Counted from the stretch's first letter, positions 26,056 to 36,410 are shown. The stretch: 64,000 nucleotides of DNA from Bacillota bacterium (GCA_040756735.1 JBFLYC010000020.1:114-64113), one strand, 5' to 3'. The notes: generated by a model from the sequence alone, not told the origin. A program made the numbers and translations.

Positions 26056-29000
26056 ATGCAAGGTAAAATACATAAAGGATTAAGTGTTTTATTGATACTT
26101 ACAATGCTTTTTAGTAGTCTATTTACTTTTTCTGACATTGGATTTATGTATGCAGAGGAAACACCACAATGGTTTGTTGAAACCTTTGATAATTGTGGAA
26201 ATACTGGAACAAGCTATACCACTGGGCACTTTGAAGGTAATTATGGAATCAGATGGGACTATATTGCTGCAAGAGGTAATTTAGATAATTATTCTATTGA
26301 TGGAAAAGGCTTAATGATTAGAAATGCATCTGAAAATGGTAAAATCTATGCTGAGTCTATTCCAGGGGGTATAGGAAGTTTTTCTGTTGACTTAAAGAAG
26401 GCCTTTACAGGTACAGCAGAACGTACAGTGCAGTTATTAATCAATGATATAATTGTGGATACATTCACCCTTGCACAATATGATCCTGAGACATTCCCTG
26501 TTCAGCAATTTGTAGTAACAGATATTAATGTTAGCGGTGATTTTAAATTAGAATTAAGGCACACGAATCCTTTAAGTGCACAAATTACCATCGATAACAT
26601 TAGATGGACCAGCTACACTGGTAACGGTGAAACACCACCACCAAACCTTACTCTCACCCATAACCCGGTAACAACTGCATGGGCAGGAGACGATATTAAC
26701 ATAGACTTTTCAGTAAATAATGCTATAGGTACCGTGACAGGTCATGTATACTATAAACCTGTAAGTGATAACGATTTTACTCCTATTAGCACAACCTCCA
26801 GTGCCATAATACCTGGTGATGAAGTAACAGAAAATATTGAATATTATATAGTAGTTGAGGACCAGGATGAAAGGGTGGCAAGAAGCCCGGAAACAGGGTT
26901 TCATGTTATTTCTGTCATGGAAAAACCAGAGCTGATAACCATAGCAGAAGCCAGATCCCTATCAGCTTCAACTGAAGTTAGAGTGGAGGGTATCATTACA
27001 GCTATCTTAGGCAGTGGACAAAATGTATATATTCAGGACGAGACTGCCGGCATAGTGATTAGATTAGGCTCTGCAGCCTTAAGCACAGGCTTGAGTGAAG
27101 GCGACAAAATCCAGGCAATTGGAACAATTGGAAGTTACGCCGGACTTGTTCAAGTAAATGTTGCCAATAAAATTGATTTAAAAACCGTAGAAGAAGGTGT
27201 AGGTGTACCTGAGGCAAAGCTTGTGACGATAGATGAAATCACCTCTAACCTGCAAGGACAGCTGTTAAAGGTAGAAGGTTTAGAGGTTGTTTCAATCGGC
27301 GCCCAAACACCTAATTATAATGTTGTTGCTAAAGATTCAGCAGAAAATCAAATCTTTTTAAGGGTTGAGAATACTGTTGACAAAACATTTTTCAATGTAG
27401 GTCAAGAACTTACTGTCACTGCTCCATTGGGTCAGTATAATGCTGATTTTCAATTAATGATCCGCAGAGCATCAGACTTAGAAGAGCTTGTTGATGAGTC
27501 AAAAGCAGCTCCGGTAACAGCCACACCGGAAGCTGGAGCAGTTGATGCAGGTACAGCAGTTACTTTATCGACAGTTACAGAAGGAGCAACAATTTACTAT
27601 ACAATAGGCGAGGGCGAGCCTCAGACTGAATATACTGAACCTATTATAATAAATATAGCAACAATAATTAAGGCTAAGGCAGTAAAGGAAGGTTTGGAAG
27701 ATAGTGAAATCCGCACCTTTGTTTACACAGTAAAGCAAGAGGGAGTATTATCTATTCTGGACGTTAAAAAGCTTCCAGTGAATACTGAGGCAGAAGTACA
27801 AGGTGTTGTAACGTTAGTTACCCACACAAATGAAGCTTATATTCAAGATGAATTGGCAGGATTGCAGGTTTTTATTTCTAATATCAAGAATAAAGTAAAA
27901 CCTGGTGATCTAATCAAGGCTAGAGGAAAAGTTTCACAATATAACGGTGAGTTGCAAATTGTTCCAAACTCATTAGATGACATAGATATACTAAGCAGTG
28001 ATAATCCTGTACCTGAGCCCTTAGAAGTAACCCTGCAGCAGCTTGTTCAAACACAGGGCCGTGTTACTGTAAGTCAAGCTCTGGATAATTACGCAGGAAA
28101 CGAAAAAACAATTACAGTAAGGGGTGTAATTACAGACGTCTTGCCAAATGGTGTATATGCTATGCAAATTGCAGATCCTACTGATCCAACAAAGGTATTA
28201 TCAGTTGCCTTACCTGCAGAATATAGAGAGAAATTTAATCCGGGCAATAATCCTGATGCAGTTGGCAGAATGGTGCTGGTAACAGGACAGGAGAAAGACT
28301 ATTATGGCAAGCCGGCAATAAGAAGAGTAGATAAATATGATCCCAATACTGGTATAACAACATATGGCAAATATCATGTTGGCTTTGATATTGAAGGTAT
28401 GAGGGTAACCACTGAGCCTTTTAAGGTTATTGCAAAAGACAATAATGGATTTACAGCTCGACAAGGGGATGTTGAAGTATATATATTCACGTTAAGGGCA
28501 TCAAACTATAATCATGTTGAAACAAAAATTGGTGACTGGTATTCCGCCACGGGAATTGCCGCTTACTACAATAGACCCCAGCTTAAGCTGGTAGATGGCA
28601 CGGATTTAAAATTCGAAGTTCCTCCTGGACAACAGGATCCTAGAGAACCTTTGGTCTTGGATATTAAACCAGGCAATTTTGTCTCTACATACGATAGAAG
28701 ACCATTGATTTCAGCAAGACTGGAAAAAACTGAAGCAGACATTGATTATGAAAATGTTAGATTGCTACTTAATGGAGAGAGTAAAGAATACACATTGGAT
28801 ATTGAAACAGGGATCATCACTTATCAGATTACTGAAGACCTGGACTATGGTGAGCATGATGTAGCAATTGTTGTTCCAGATGTAGAGGAAAGGGTGAAAA
28901 TATTTAACTGGTTCTTTAGAGTTGAAAAGGAAAATCCAACCTATAACTTCTACTATGGTATTCCCCACTCCCATACCGGGTACTCAGATGGCGCTGGGAC

Positions 29001-32000
29001 TCCGACAGCGGCCTTCAACCATGCCAAGAATAATAAATTGGACTTTCTATTTATCACTGATCACTCTAACTGGCTGGATGGTGTAGAAGAAGGGGGCGGC
29101 TATGGTTTTGAATATGAAGCAGCTGCCAATGAATACGTAGAAAAATTTAATCCGTTTACTGATGAGCCTTCCGAATGGATGAAGACAAGATTAGAGGCAG
29201 AAGCATTTAATCGAGAAAACCTTGGCACTTTTCTAGGGGTAAGGGGCTTTGAAATGACCTCCAGTACATGGGGGCACATGAATACAACTAATAGTGATAC
29301 CTATGTTGAAGCTAAAAAACAAATAGTATCCATTAGCCAATATTATGATTGGATTGTGGATGTGTCCAGCAGACCTGGGGCTAATGTATATAATGCATTC
29401 AACCACCCCAATTGGCCGGATGATTCTTTTAATAACCTGGCTTATGTACCAAAACTGGATAGATATATTAATGGAATTGAAGTTGCCAATGGAGCGCCGC
29501 CATATAGCTATTCCAGAGCTGAAGGGCACTATTGGAGATCCCTGGATAATGGATGGAGATTAGGGGCACTAAATGCTCAAGATAACCATGCGAAAAACTG
29601 GGGAGATCCGGATACATTAACAGTGGTTTTAGCAGAGGCCTTGGATGTAGATTCCCTTATCAACGCAATGAATGCAAGAAGATCCTACTCAACTGAAACA
29701 AGAACCCTGCAGCTGACTTTTAAAGGCAACGGTTATTGGATGGGTAGTGTTCTAGATGTTGAGATAGGTGAAAAAATAAACCTTGAGATCCTTGCTGAGG
29801 ATTCAAAGGTACCTATTGAGAAGCTTCAATTGATCACAAATGGTGGGTATATATTAGAAGAAAAAGTAGTTGGCGGGGCAAACAGTGCAGCATGGAACCT
29901 GGCAGTGGAAGCAACTGGAGGAGCCCAATGGTTTGTGGTAAAAGTAATCCACAGTAACGGGGCATGGGGTCATTCATCACCAATATTTACCACTGCCGGT
30001 GAAAATGATATAAAGCTTACAGCCATTAACGTTGACCCTAATCCCACTTTGCCGGGCTTTGAAACAAATATTGAAGCTACTGTAAGTAACATGGGGGTTA
30101 GAGGTATAGAAGGAATTCAGGTGAAATTCTATGCCAACACTATAAATGAAAACAACTTGATAGATACAGTAGACCTGGAAGGCAGACTCAATCCAGGCGC
30201 CAGCGCTGTATTAAGCGCAAAATGGCTGCCTGAAGGATACGGTGAGCAGCGGGTATTTGCAGTATTAACAGATATAGAAGGAGTAACCACTGTCACAGAG
30301 ATATCCATGAATGTAAAGGTTGTTAAACCAATAGGCAAAAAGATACTGTTTGATGGGGCTCATAACAATGCAGATGTACCGGGTACAGTTGTTAAAATAA
30401 TTGAAATGTTAAGATTGTACGGATATGAAGCTACAATAAACACACAAAAATTTACGCCAGAGCTTCTAGAAAGTGTAGATATTTTAATTATCAATATTCC
30501 ATTGAATGCAGCCAATAAATTTACAACTAATGAAGAAGATGCTATAGCTGATTGGGTTAAAGCAGGTGGTTCCATCATGCTGGCAGCCAAGTCCAATTTT
30601 AATCAGGATAGCACATTATTGAACAGTCTCATGGAAAAGCTGGGAAGTAGCATCCGCTTCAATGACGATAATATATACGAACCGGAAGATTCTGGCAAAT
30701 ATACGGGTGGAATGGTTTGGTCCATAGTAATGGATAATCTGCCACCAACTGAAAGTGGATTAAATGCCAACATGGAGGCCATACGAATATTCAGTGGATG
30801 TTCTTTGATAAATGCAGAGGGTGGGCCACTAGTAAATGATCCGGCAACAGAGCTGGAAATACTGCTATTGGCAAACGATACTTCATATACGGCTAACCCA
30901 GGACCTAATGCATATATTTACAATTTGATAGGAGAATTAAATGGCGGCACAATTCCTGTTATTGCCAAAGAGAAGGTTGGAAATGGTAGAATAATTGCAG
31001 CCGGAAGACACTTCTATTCAGATTTTGAAATAGGAAATAATGTTTCAAACACTGCATTGACTTTACAGGCAATTGACTGGCTGGCAGGATACGATAGAAT
31101 ACGGTCAATTGCTGATATCAGGGCTAATGCAAATGTGGGAGATGTTGTAACTGTTAGAGGTACTATCACAGCACCTACCAATCATTTTTTTGATGTAGTA
31201 TACATTCAGGATGAAACTTCAGGGGTAGCAGTATATGGTTCGCAAACGAAGGATAACCTGCCCCTGGGAACAGAAATTATAGCTACCGGTAAGGTAACGT
31301 ACTTCGAAGGAGAACTGGAATTAGCTTATGAGAACTATGATTACGAAGTAATTTATGTAGGTCCGGTAGAAAAGATAGAACCCTTGAAGGTATCCACCAA
31401 AGATGCCATGTCACCAGAGGTTGCGGGAATGCTTATAACCACTCAAGGAGTAATAACTGATTACGACCCGGTTGACGGTAACTTCAGAATTAATGATGGA
31501 AGCGGCAGTGCTTTCGTTCAAATTGATGGTTATCTAAACCTTGGAATTGAAAGATTTAAAATAGGAGATAATGTGTCAGTAACCGGTGTGGCATCCCACG
31601 GTTCCGTTGGTCCTAGAATCAGGGTGAGATATCCATCTGATTTGAAAGCTGTACAGCAAGAACCACCGGAGAAAGTAGAGATTAAAAGCGTAGAAGCAAC
31701 CAATGGACAAATAACAATAACATTGAATACAGCACCGGCAGAAGCACCAGATGAAAAAGACTTTACGGCAACAATAAGCATAAATGATGGAGAGGCAAAA
31801 GAATTAAAGCTAGAACATTTCTACTACGACGAAGATGTAACCGTAACCTTCACCTTTACTCCGGTAGCTGCAACAGAAGAAGAACAAAGAGTGATAGTTG
31901 CAGTAGCCTATGGTGATGGAACACCATGGGCTGCACAACCCTATACCATTGAAGCAGGGGACAGATCACAGTTCAATATAACTACTATTAGTAAACCTTC

Positions 32001-33507
32001 TGTAAATACACCATTTAGAATAAGCATCAGAGAAGCAATGGATACCCATGGAAACCTTCTTGATGGTAAGGTAAATGTAATAATTAAACATAATGAAGAA
32101 ACCTTGGTAAATGATATTGTAACATTTAACTTAGGCAGTGGAGTAATACCAGTAACTATATCTACTAAAGGGGAGCATCGGCTAGAGGTATTTATTGATG
32201 GAATCACTGCTCCAAAATCAGTAAGTGTATTAGTTGTCCCAATGGTTGAAATACAATTAGCTGAGGAAGATTATGATAAAGAGGGAAGGGTTACTGTTGA
32301 ATTAGGGGATATAGTGGAAGACACCAATGTAGAAATCATGTATGCCTTTGGTGAAGGTGAGACTAGAGTAGAATTGTCTATTGTAATTACTGTACCTACT
32401 GGAAGTGGTTTGCTTAGTATTTCTAACGTCGTATTAACCAATAATAGTCTAGTAATGAATCTGTCGGTGGATGGCTTAAATGAAAGAAAGGTATTCTTGA
32501 AGTTACCCAAGCCAATTGACATTCCTTCAGATCGGGTTGGAGCCTTCCACAGAAAAGGAGATGTTTGGGAATTTAGAATAGCAAATGTTATCGGTGATGA
32601 AGTAGAAGGTTATGAAGTAGAATTTGAAACGGATCTAAGCGCTATAGCATTGGCAGAAATAGTAGACGTACCTGCATCTATAGAAGCATCTGTAAGTAAT
32701 CGTAATAGAGTAACATTAAGCTGGGATGTCGTACATGGAGCAGCTTATGAATTGATTCGTAAAGTAAGTAACTCCGGAGCAGTAAAGATCATTCCAATAG
32801 AGGATACTGAATATGTGGATATAGCAGGATATAATACTACTTACCAGTATCAAGTAAGGGCTGTGAAGGAAGGATATCATTCTGATCTATCCCCCGCAGT
32901 GGAAGTTACTACTGGTTCTGCTCCCAGTAGCAGTAGTAAATCTTCTAAACCTATTGTTGACGAAGAGGAACCAGTTGAAGAAATAAAGGTTCATTTAACA
33001 GATATTGCCGGACATTGGGCTGAGGGATATATTAAGGAATTAGTAGCTTTGGGAGCTATTGATGGCTACAGTGACGGTACCTTTAGGCCAAATAACAATA
33101 TAACAAGGGCAGAATTTGTCAAGATTGTTGTTGGGGCCTTCAATCTTCAGGCTAAAGGCGAAAAAACATTTAAAGATACCGAGGGACATTGGGCCAGGGA
33201 TTATATTGCAACAGCCCATGCCCATGGGATTATTAATGGCTATAATGATAATACCTTTGGGGCAGAAGACTTTATCACCAGAGAGCAAGTGGTTTTAATT
33301 ATTTCCCGTGCAGCAGAATTAACTACTGTAAAATATGAAAAGAGATTTATAGATGATGAAAAAATTTCAAGCTGGGCCAGGGATGCAGTTTATATAGCTG
33401 CGACAAATGGTATAGTAGATGGTTATCTGGACAACACCTTCAGGCCGCAAGGAAATGCAACTAGAGCAGAAGCAGTAAAAATTATTGTTGAATCTCTAAA
33501 AAAATAA
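26056..33507 (+). CDS. 2483-aa S-layer-anchored multidomain surface protein: 4 OB-fold modules + PHP-family (CehA/McbA-like) phosphoesterase + CARDB/FN3/Ig-like spacers + 3 SLH repeats
   Basis: RBS AAGGGAGG and a signal peptide. OB modules: VRVEGIITAILGSGQNVYIQDETAGIVIRL (from nt 26977), AEVQGVVTLVTHTNEAYIQDELAGLQVFI (27790), ITVRGVITDVLPNGVYAMQIADP (~28120), VTVRGTITAPTNHFFDVVYIQDETSGVAVYG (31147). PHP motifs YYGIPHSHTGYSDG (28951-28992) and DFLFITDHSNW. Hex/chitobiase C-terminal-like GATIYYTIGEG. CARDB-like region ~30007-30330. Three SLH repeats ~32990-33500 (DIAGHWAEGYI.., DTEGHWARDYI.., SSWARDAVYIA..). Confidence 0.85.
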   Translation: MQGKIHKGLSVLLILTMLFSSLFTFSDIGFMYAEETPQWFVETFDNCGNTGTSYTTGHFEGNYGIRWDYIAARGNLDNYSIDGKGLMIRNASENGKIYAESIPGGIGSFSVDLKKAFTGTAERTVQLLINDIIVDTFTLAQYDPETFPVQQFVVTDINVSGDFKLELRHTNPLSAQITIDNIRWTSYTGNGETPPPNLTLTHNPVTTAWAGDDINIDFSVNNAIGTVTGHVYYKPVSDNDFTPISTTSSAIIPGDEVTENIEYYIVVEDQDERVARSPETGFHVISVMEKPELITIAEARSLSASTEVRVEGIITAILGSGQNVYIQDETAGIVIRLGSAALSTGLSEGDKIQAIGTIGSYAGLVQVNVANKIDLKTVEEGVGVPEAKLVTIDEITSNLQGQLLKVEGLEVVSIGAQTPNYNVVAKDSAENQIFLRVENTVDKTFFNVGQELTVTAPLGQYNADFQLMIRRASDLEELVDESKAAPVTATPEAGAVDAGTAVTLSTVTEGATIYYTIGEGEPQTEYTEPIIINIATIIKAKAVKEGLEDSEIRTFVYTVKQEGVLSILDVKKLPVNTEAEVQGVVTLVTHTNEAYIQDELAGLQVFISNIKNKVKPGDLIKARGKVSQYNGELQIVPNSLDDIDILSSDNPVPEPLEVTLQQLVQTQGRVTVSQALDNYAGNEKTITVRGVITDVLPNGVYAMQIADPTDPTKVLSVALPAEYREKFNPGNNPDAVGRMVLVTGQEKDYYGKPAIRRVDKYDPNTGITTYGKYHVGFDIEGMRVTTEPFKVIAKDNNGFTARQGDVEVYIFTLRASNYNHVETKIGDWYSATGIAAYYNRPQLKLVDGTDLKFEVPPGQQDPREPLVLDIKPGNFVSTYDRRPLISARLEKTEADIDYENVRLLLNGESKEYTLDIETGIITYQITEDLDYGEHDVAIVVPDVEERVKIFNWFFRVEKENPTYNFYYGIPHSHTGYSDGAGTPTAAFNHAKNNKLDFLFITDHSNWLDGVEEGGGYGFEYEAAANEYVEKFNPFTDEPSEWMKTRLEAEAFNRENLGTFLGVRGFEMTSSTWGHMNTTNSDTYVEAKKQIVSISQYYDWIVDVSSRPGANVYNAFNHPNWPDDSFNNLAYVPKLDRYINGIEVANGAPPYSYSRAEGHYWRSLDNGWRLGALNAQDNHAKNWGDPDTLTVVLAEALDVDSLINAMNARRSYSTETRTLQLTFKGNGYWMGSVLDVEIGEKINLEILAEDSKVPIEKLQLITNGGYILEEKVVGGANSAAWNLAVEATGGAQWFVVKVIHSNGAWGHSSPIFTTAGENDIKLTAINVDPNPTLPGFETNIEATVSNMGVRGIEGIQVKFYANTINENNLIDTVDLEGRLNPGASAVLSAKWLPEGYGEQRVFAVLTDIEGVTTVTEISMNVKVVKPIGKKILFDGAHNNADVPGTVVKIIEMLRLYGYEATINTQKFTPELLESVDILIINIPLNAANKFTTNEEDAIADWVKAGGSIMLAAKSNFNQDSTLLNSLMEKLGSSIRFNDDNIYEPEDSGKYTGGMVWSIVMDNLPPTESGLNANMEAIRIFSGCSLINAEGGPLVNDPATELEILLLANDTSYTANPGPNAYIYNLIGELNGGTIPVIAKEKVGNGRIIAAGRHFYSDFEIGNNVSNTALTLQAIDWLAGYDRIRSIADIRANANVGDVVTVRGTITAPTNHFFDVVYIQDETSGVAVYGSQTKDNLPLGTEIIATGKVTYFEGELELAYENYDYEVIYVGPVEKIEPLKVSTKDAMSPEVAGMLITTQGVITDYDPVDGNFRINDGSGSAFVQIDGYLNLGIERFKIGDNVSVTGVASHGSVGPRIRVRYPSDLKAVQQEPPEKVEIKSVEATNGQITITLNTAPAEAPDEKDFTATISINDGEAKELKLEHFYYDEDVTVTFTFTPVAATEEEQRVIVAVAYGDGTPWAAQPYTIEAGDRSQFNITTISKPSVNTPFRISIREAMDTHGNLLDGKVNVIIKHNEETLVNDIVTFNLGSGVIPVTISTKGEHRLEVFIDGITAPKSVSVLVVPMVEIQLAEEDYDKEGRVTVELGDIVEDTNVEIMYAFGEGETRVELSIVITVPTGSGLLSISNVVLTNNSLVMNLSVDGLNERKVFLKLPKPIDIPSDRVGAFHRKGDVWEFRIANVIGDEVEGYEVEFETDLSAIALAEIVDVPASIEASVSNRNRVTLSWDVVHGAAYELIRKVSNSGAVKIIPIEDTEYVDIAGYNTTYQYQVRAVKEGYHSDLSPAVEVTTGSAPSSSSKSSKPIVDEEEPVEEIKVHLTDIAGHWAEGYIKELVALGAIDGYSDGTFRPNNNITRAEFVKIVVGAFNLQAKGEKTFKDTEGHWARDYIATAHAHGIINGYNDNTFGAEDFITREQVVLIISRAAELTTVKYEKRFIDDEKISSWARDAVYIAATNGIVDGYLDNTFRPQGNATRAEAVKIIVESLKK

Positions 33508-33535
33508 AGTAATATAAATATAAAACAAGATAAAT

Positions 33536-33567
33536 GAAAGCTCTTCAGTATTGATTGGAGAGCTTTC
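33536..33567 (+). terminator. hairpin after the giant gene
   Basis: GAAAGCTCT (33536-33544) and AGAGCTTTC (33559-33567). The T-run is displaced (AAACTGTTCTTTTT). Confidence 0.5.
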
Positions 33568-33601
33568 AAACTGTTCTTTTTAAACAACGTGGAGGGTAAA
33601 T

Positions 33602-34768
33602 ATGAAAAACAAGGCAAATATAATAATAACTACCAGTATAGTTCTTGTTACCATAATTATTATTTATTCTTCAGGTATACTATTTAGAGGAATAGACCTG
33701 AGAAGAAAGGATCTTAACTTTGAAAAAGCACTAGTATTAAAGGTCTTCTCAGAGACTCTAAATAAAGATAGAACAATACCAAATATGTATCTTGGGCATC
33801 AAGATATCCAAGTGAAAATACTAACCGGAGAGTTTAAAGGGGAGATACATACTCTAAAAAATTCGTTAGGAAGAACATATAATGTTCATACAAGAGAAAA
33901 TATGGAAATTGTAGTCAGCATATATAGCCATGATGGTGTTATAGAAAGCATCATGGTTTATAGTCATTCAAGAAGTAAAACAATATATTTTCTTGTTGGC
34001 CTTTTCTTTATAGTATTACTTGCTGTCGGCAGGATTAAAGGTTTAAAATCCATCTTTTCTTTAATCTTCACAGGAATTATGATTATTTTCTTTTTAATAC
34101 CCTGGATTTTGAAGGGTTATAACCCAATTTTAATTGCCATTATTACTGCTTCCTTATCTACAATTGTAACCTTTTATATGGCAACCGGATGGAGCAAAAA
34201 GACACTGGCTGCTTCTACAGGAACGGTTCTAGGAGTTACTATCGCAGGAAGTATTTCTTACTGGGCAGGTAGAATTGCACAATTATCTGGGATGACAATG
34301 GATAAGGCAGAACAGCTAATTTACATAGCTGATGATACGGGTATGCAGGTTGGAGGACTTATGTTTGCAGCAATATTGATAGCTTCTTTAGGCGCAATCA
34401 TGGATGTGGCCATGTCAATTACTTCATCTGTATTTGAGATTCATGGTGTTAAAAAGAACCTCTCCAGGAAGGCCCTGTTTAAATCCGCAATGAATGTAGG
34501 ACAAGATATTATAGGCACCATGACTAATACCTTGATTTTAGCATTTACCGGAGGTTTACTAAATATGCTAATCATTGTTATGGCATATAGGATGCCCTAT
34601 GTACAATTTATAAATCTTGATCTTTTCGCTATAGAATTTATTCAGGGGTTAGCAGGTAGTATAGGAATTGTTTTAACTGTCCCATTAACAGCCTTAGCTG
34701 CTTCCTGGCTGGCAAAGGAGTTTATCATAAAAAACAATAAGCCTGGTAAAGTAAAGGCGACAAGGTAA
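33602..34768 (+). CDS. YibE/F family membrane protein (intact copy)
   Basis: 388 aa. N-terminal TM, a ~100-aa extracytoplasmic segment, then a polytopic core ending in FIQGLAGSIGIVLTVPLTALAASWL. Confidence 0.8.
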   Translation: MKNKANIIITTSIVLVTIIIIYSSGILFRGIDLRRKDLNFEKALVLKVFSETLNKDRTIPNMYLGHQDIQVKILTGEFKGEIHTLKNSLGRTYNVHTRENMEIVVSIYSHDGVIESIMVYSHSRSKTIYFLVGLFFIVLLAVGRIKGLKSIFSLIFTGIMIIFFLIPWILKGYNPILIAIITASLSTIVTFYMATGWSKKTLAASTGTVLGVTIAGSISYWAGRIAQLSGMTMDKAEQLIYIADDTGMQVGGLMFAAILIASLGAIMDVAMSITSSVFEIHGVKKNLSRKALFKSAMNVGQDIIGTMTNTLILAFTGGLLNMLIIVMAYRMPYVQFINLDLFAIEFIQGLAGSIGIVLTVPLTALAASWLAKEFIIKNNKPGKVKATR

Positions 34769-34777
34769 CAGGAAGGG

Positions 34778-35197
34778 ATGATTCTTATTATGGAAAAAAT
34801 CAAGAGAAAATTAGATGAATTAGAGGAATATACAGAGATTCTTTCAATGGTTTCCACCTATAGCAAGGAAGATTTCATGAATAATCCAATATACTATGGT
34901 GGTGCTGAACGATTTATTCTTCTGGGATATCATAATATTTTAGAGGCAAGCAAACTGATATGTGAGCATTGCCGTTTTTCGAATATACACAGTAAAGATA
35001 TTATAAAATCCCTTGAAATAAATAAAGTAATCCCACCGTGGCTTGTTAGTAACATAAATAAAAGAAAAAAATATATATTTACCTTAAAATATGATTATCT
35101 AAGACTTATGAACAAAGAAGAATTATACTTTCTTTTGAAGGACATAATAAGTGATTTTAGACACTTCAAAAAATATGTACTTGAATACATTATTTAA
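34778..35197 (+). CDS. DUF86/HepT-like (HEPN-fold) protein with degenerate active-site motif, no MNT partner
   Basis: 139 aa, AT-rich. The layout resembles YutE-type DUF86 (..LEEYTEIL..EDFMNNPIYYGGAERFILLGYHNILEASKLI..). At the position of the RN..VH.Y motif it reads KRKKYIFTLKYDY. Confidence 0.4.
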   Translation: MILIMEKIKRKLDELEEYTEILSMVSTYSKEDFMNNPIYYGGAERFILLGYHNILEASKLICEHCRFSNIHSKDIIKSLEINKVIPPWLVSNINKRKKYIFTLKYDYLRLMNKEELYFLLKDIISDFRHFKKYVLEYII

Positions 35198-35203
35198 TGA
35201 ATA

Positions 35204-35500
35204 CTACTCTATATCAACAGTCTTCCTATTTTTATGAGAAGTAGGTTTCTGTGATTTTTCTTTATTATTCACAAGAGGATTTTTATAAAGAATACCTGCT
35301 GCTAGAGCCGTGAGGGGAATAGGATAGATGAATCCAATGCTTCCAGACAATATCCTAATGACTTCTATGGAAATAGATTTTACATTCATAATACGAGATA
35401 ATGGTATATTAGAGGCGGTTAAAACCAATAAATGATGCATGGAAGCCCCTGTATAGGCTAGAATCAAAGTGTTTGACATTGTACCCATAATATCCTTTAG
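35204..35500 (-). pseudogene. YibE/F C-terminal fragment (5'-truncated)
   Basis: KDIMGTMSNTLILAYTG...IEVIRILSGSIGFIYPIPLTALAAGIL parallels the last ~85 aa of the intact copy (DIIGTMTNTLILAFTG...IEFIQGLAGSIGIVLTVPLTALAAS). An upstream in-frame stop lies at ~35501. Confidence 0.7.
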
Positions 35501-35603
35501 CTAGTGATTTTTGACATAACCATAATCGAAAAACAGAGAATGTCAATTAGGATTTAATACATTTAGAAAATTCTACATAAAGAGTACTCATGAACTGGTA
35601 ATT

Positions 35604-36410
35604 ATGTCAACTACAGATATTCATGCCCACGTAATGCATTATGATTACATGAAAGACAGCGTCGACGAAGGCATCGGTCTGGCGAAAGTAGCTACTTTGG
35701 TTCAACAGGTCAGGGGGAAATATCCCAATACAATTCTGGTTGATGCGGGCGATGTTATTCAAGGAAGTATTCTCGGTGACTTAGAAGCACTGGTAAAGCC
35801 CATACAAAAAGGTGATTTGCATGCAGTTATCGGGTCAATGAACATGATGGGTTATGATGCCGTCTGTGTGGGCAACCATGAGTTTAATTACGGGTTAGAT
35901 TTTTTAAAAAGGGCATATGAGGGAGCGCAGTTTCCCCTGGTAAATGCTAATGTTTACCAGGCAGGAACTGAGGACAACTATTTTACCCCTTATGTAATAC
36001 TGGAGCGGGAAGTAGATGGAAATTCCATTAAAATAGGGATTATTGGCTTTGTTCCACCACAAATTATGATCTGGGATAAAATCCGCATAGAGGGAAGGGT
36101 GTATACCAAGGGAATAGTTGAGACTGCAAAAAAATTTATTCCGGAGATGAAAGCTGAAGGAGCAACCTAATTATTAATAACTTTGTGGGCGAGACAGTAG
36201 CCAGGTTAAACACCTTTTTTGCCAGGGTAATGGAAAACAAAGTAGTACAGCTTATTAATTTTGTATTCCAATATTCTAGAGGTTGTTAAAGTAAATGCGA
36301 AAGAACTGAAAAGTTGGCTGGAAGTCTCGGCAGCTAACTTCAGCCAGATTGACCCAACAGCAATGAGGGGAAGCTGTTCTGATCAGAGGCTTCCTCATTT
36401 TTTATGGTGA
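35604..36410 (+). pseudogene. 2',3'-cyclic-nucleotide phosphodiesterase/3'(5')-nucleotidase (CpdB/YfkN-like) remnant
   Basis: The N-terminal metallophosphatase part lacks a signal peptide (STTDIHAHVMHYDY, DAGDVIQGS, GNHEFNYGLDFL) and stops at 36170. Further homologous pieces lie in other frames (NNFVGETVARLNTFFARVMENKVVQLI; VNAKELKSWLEVSAANFSQIDP...*36410). The catalytic C-domain is missing. Confidence 0.7.
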
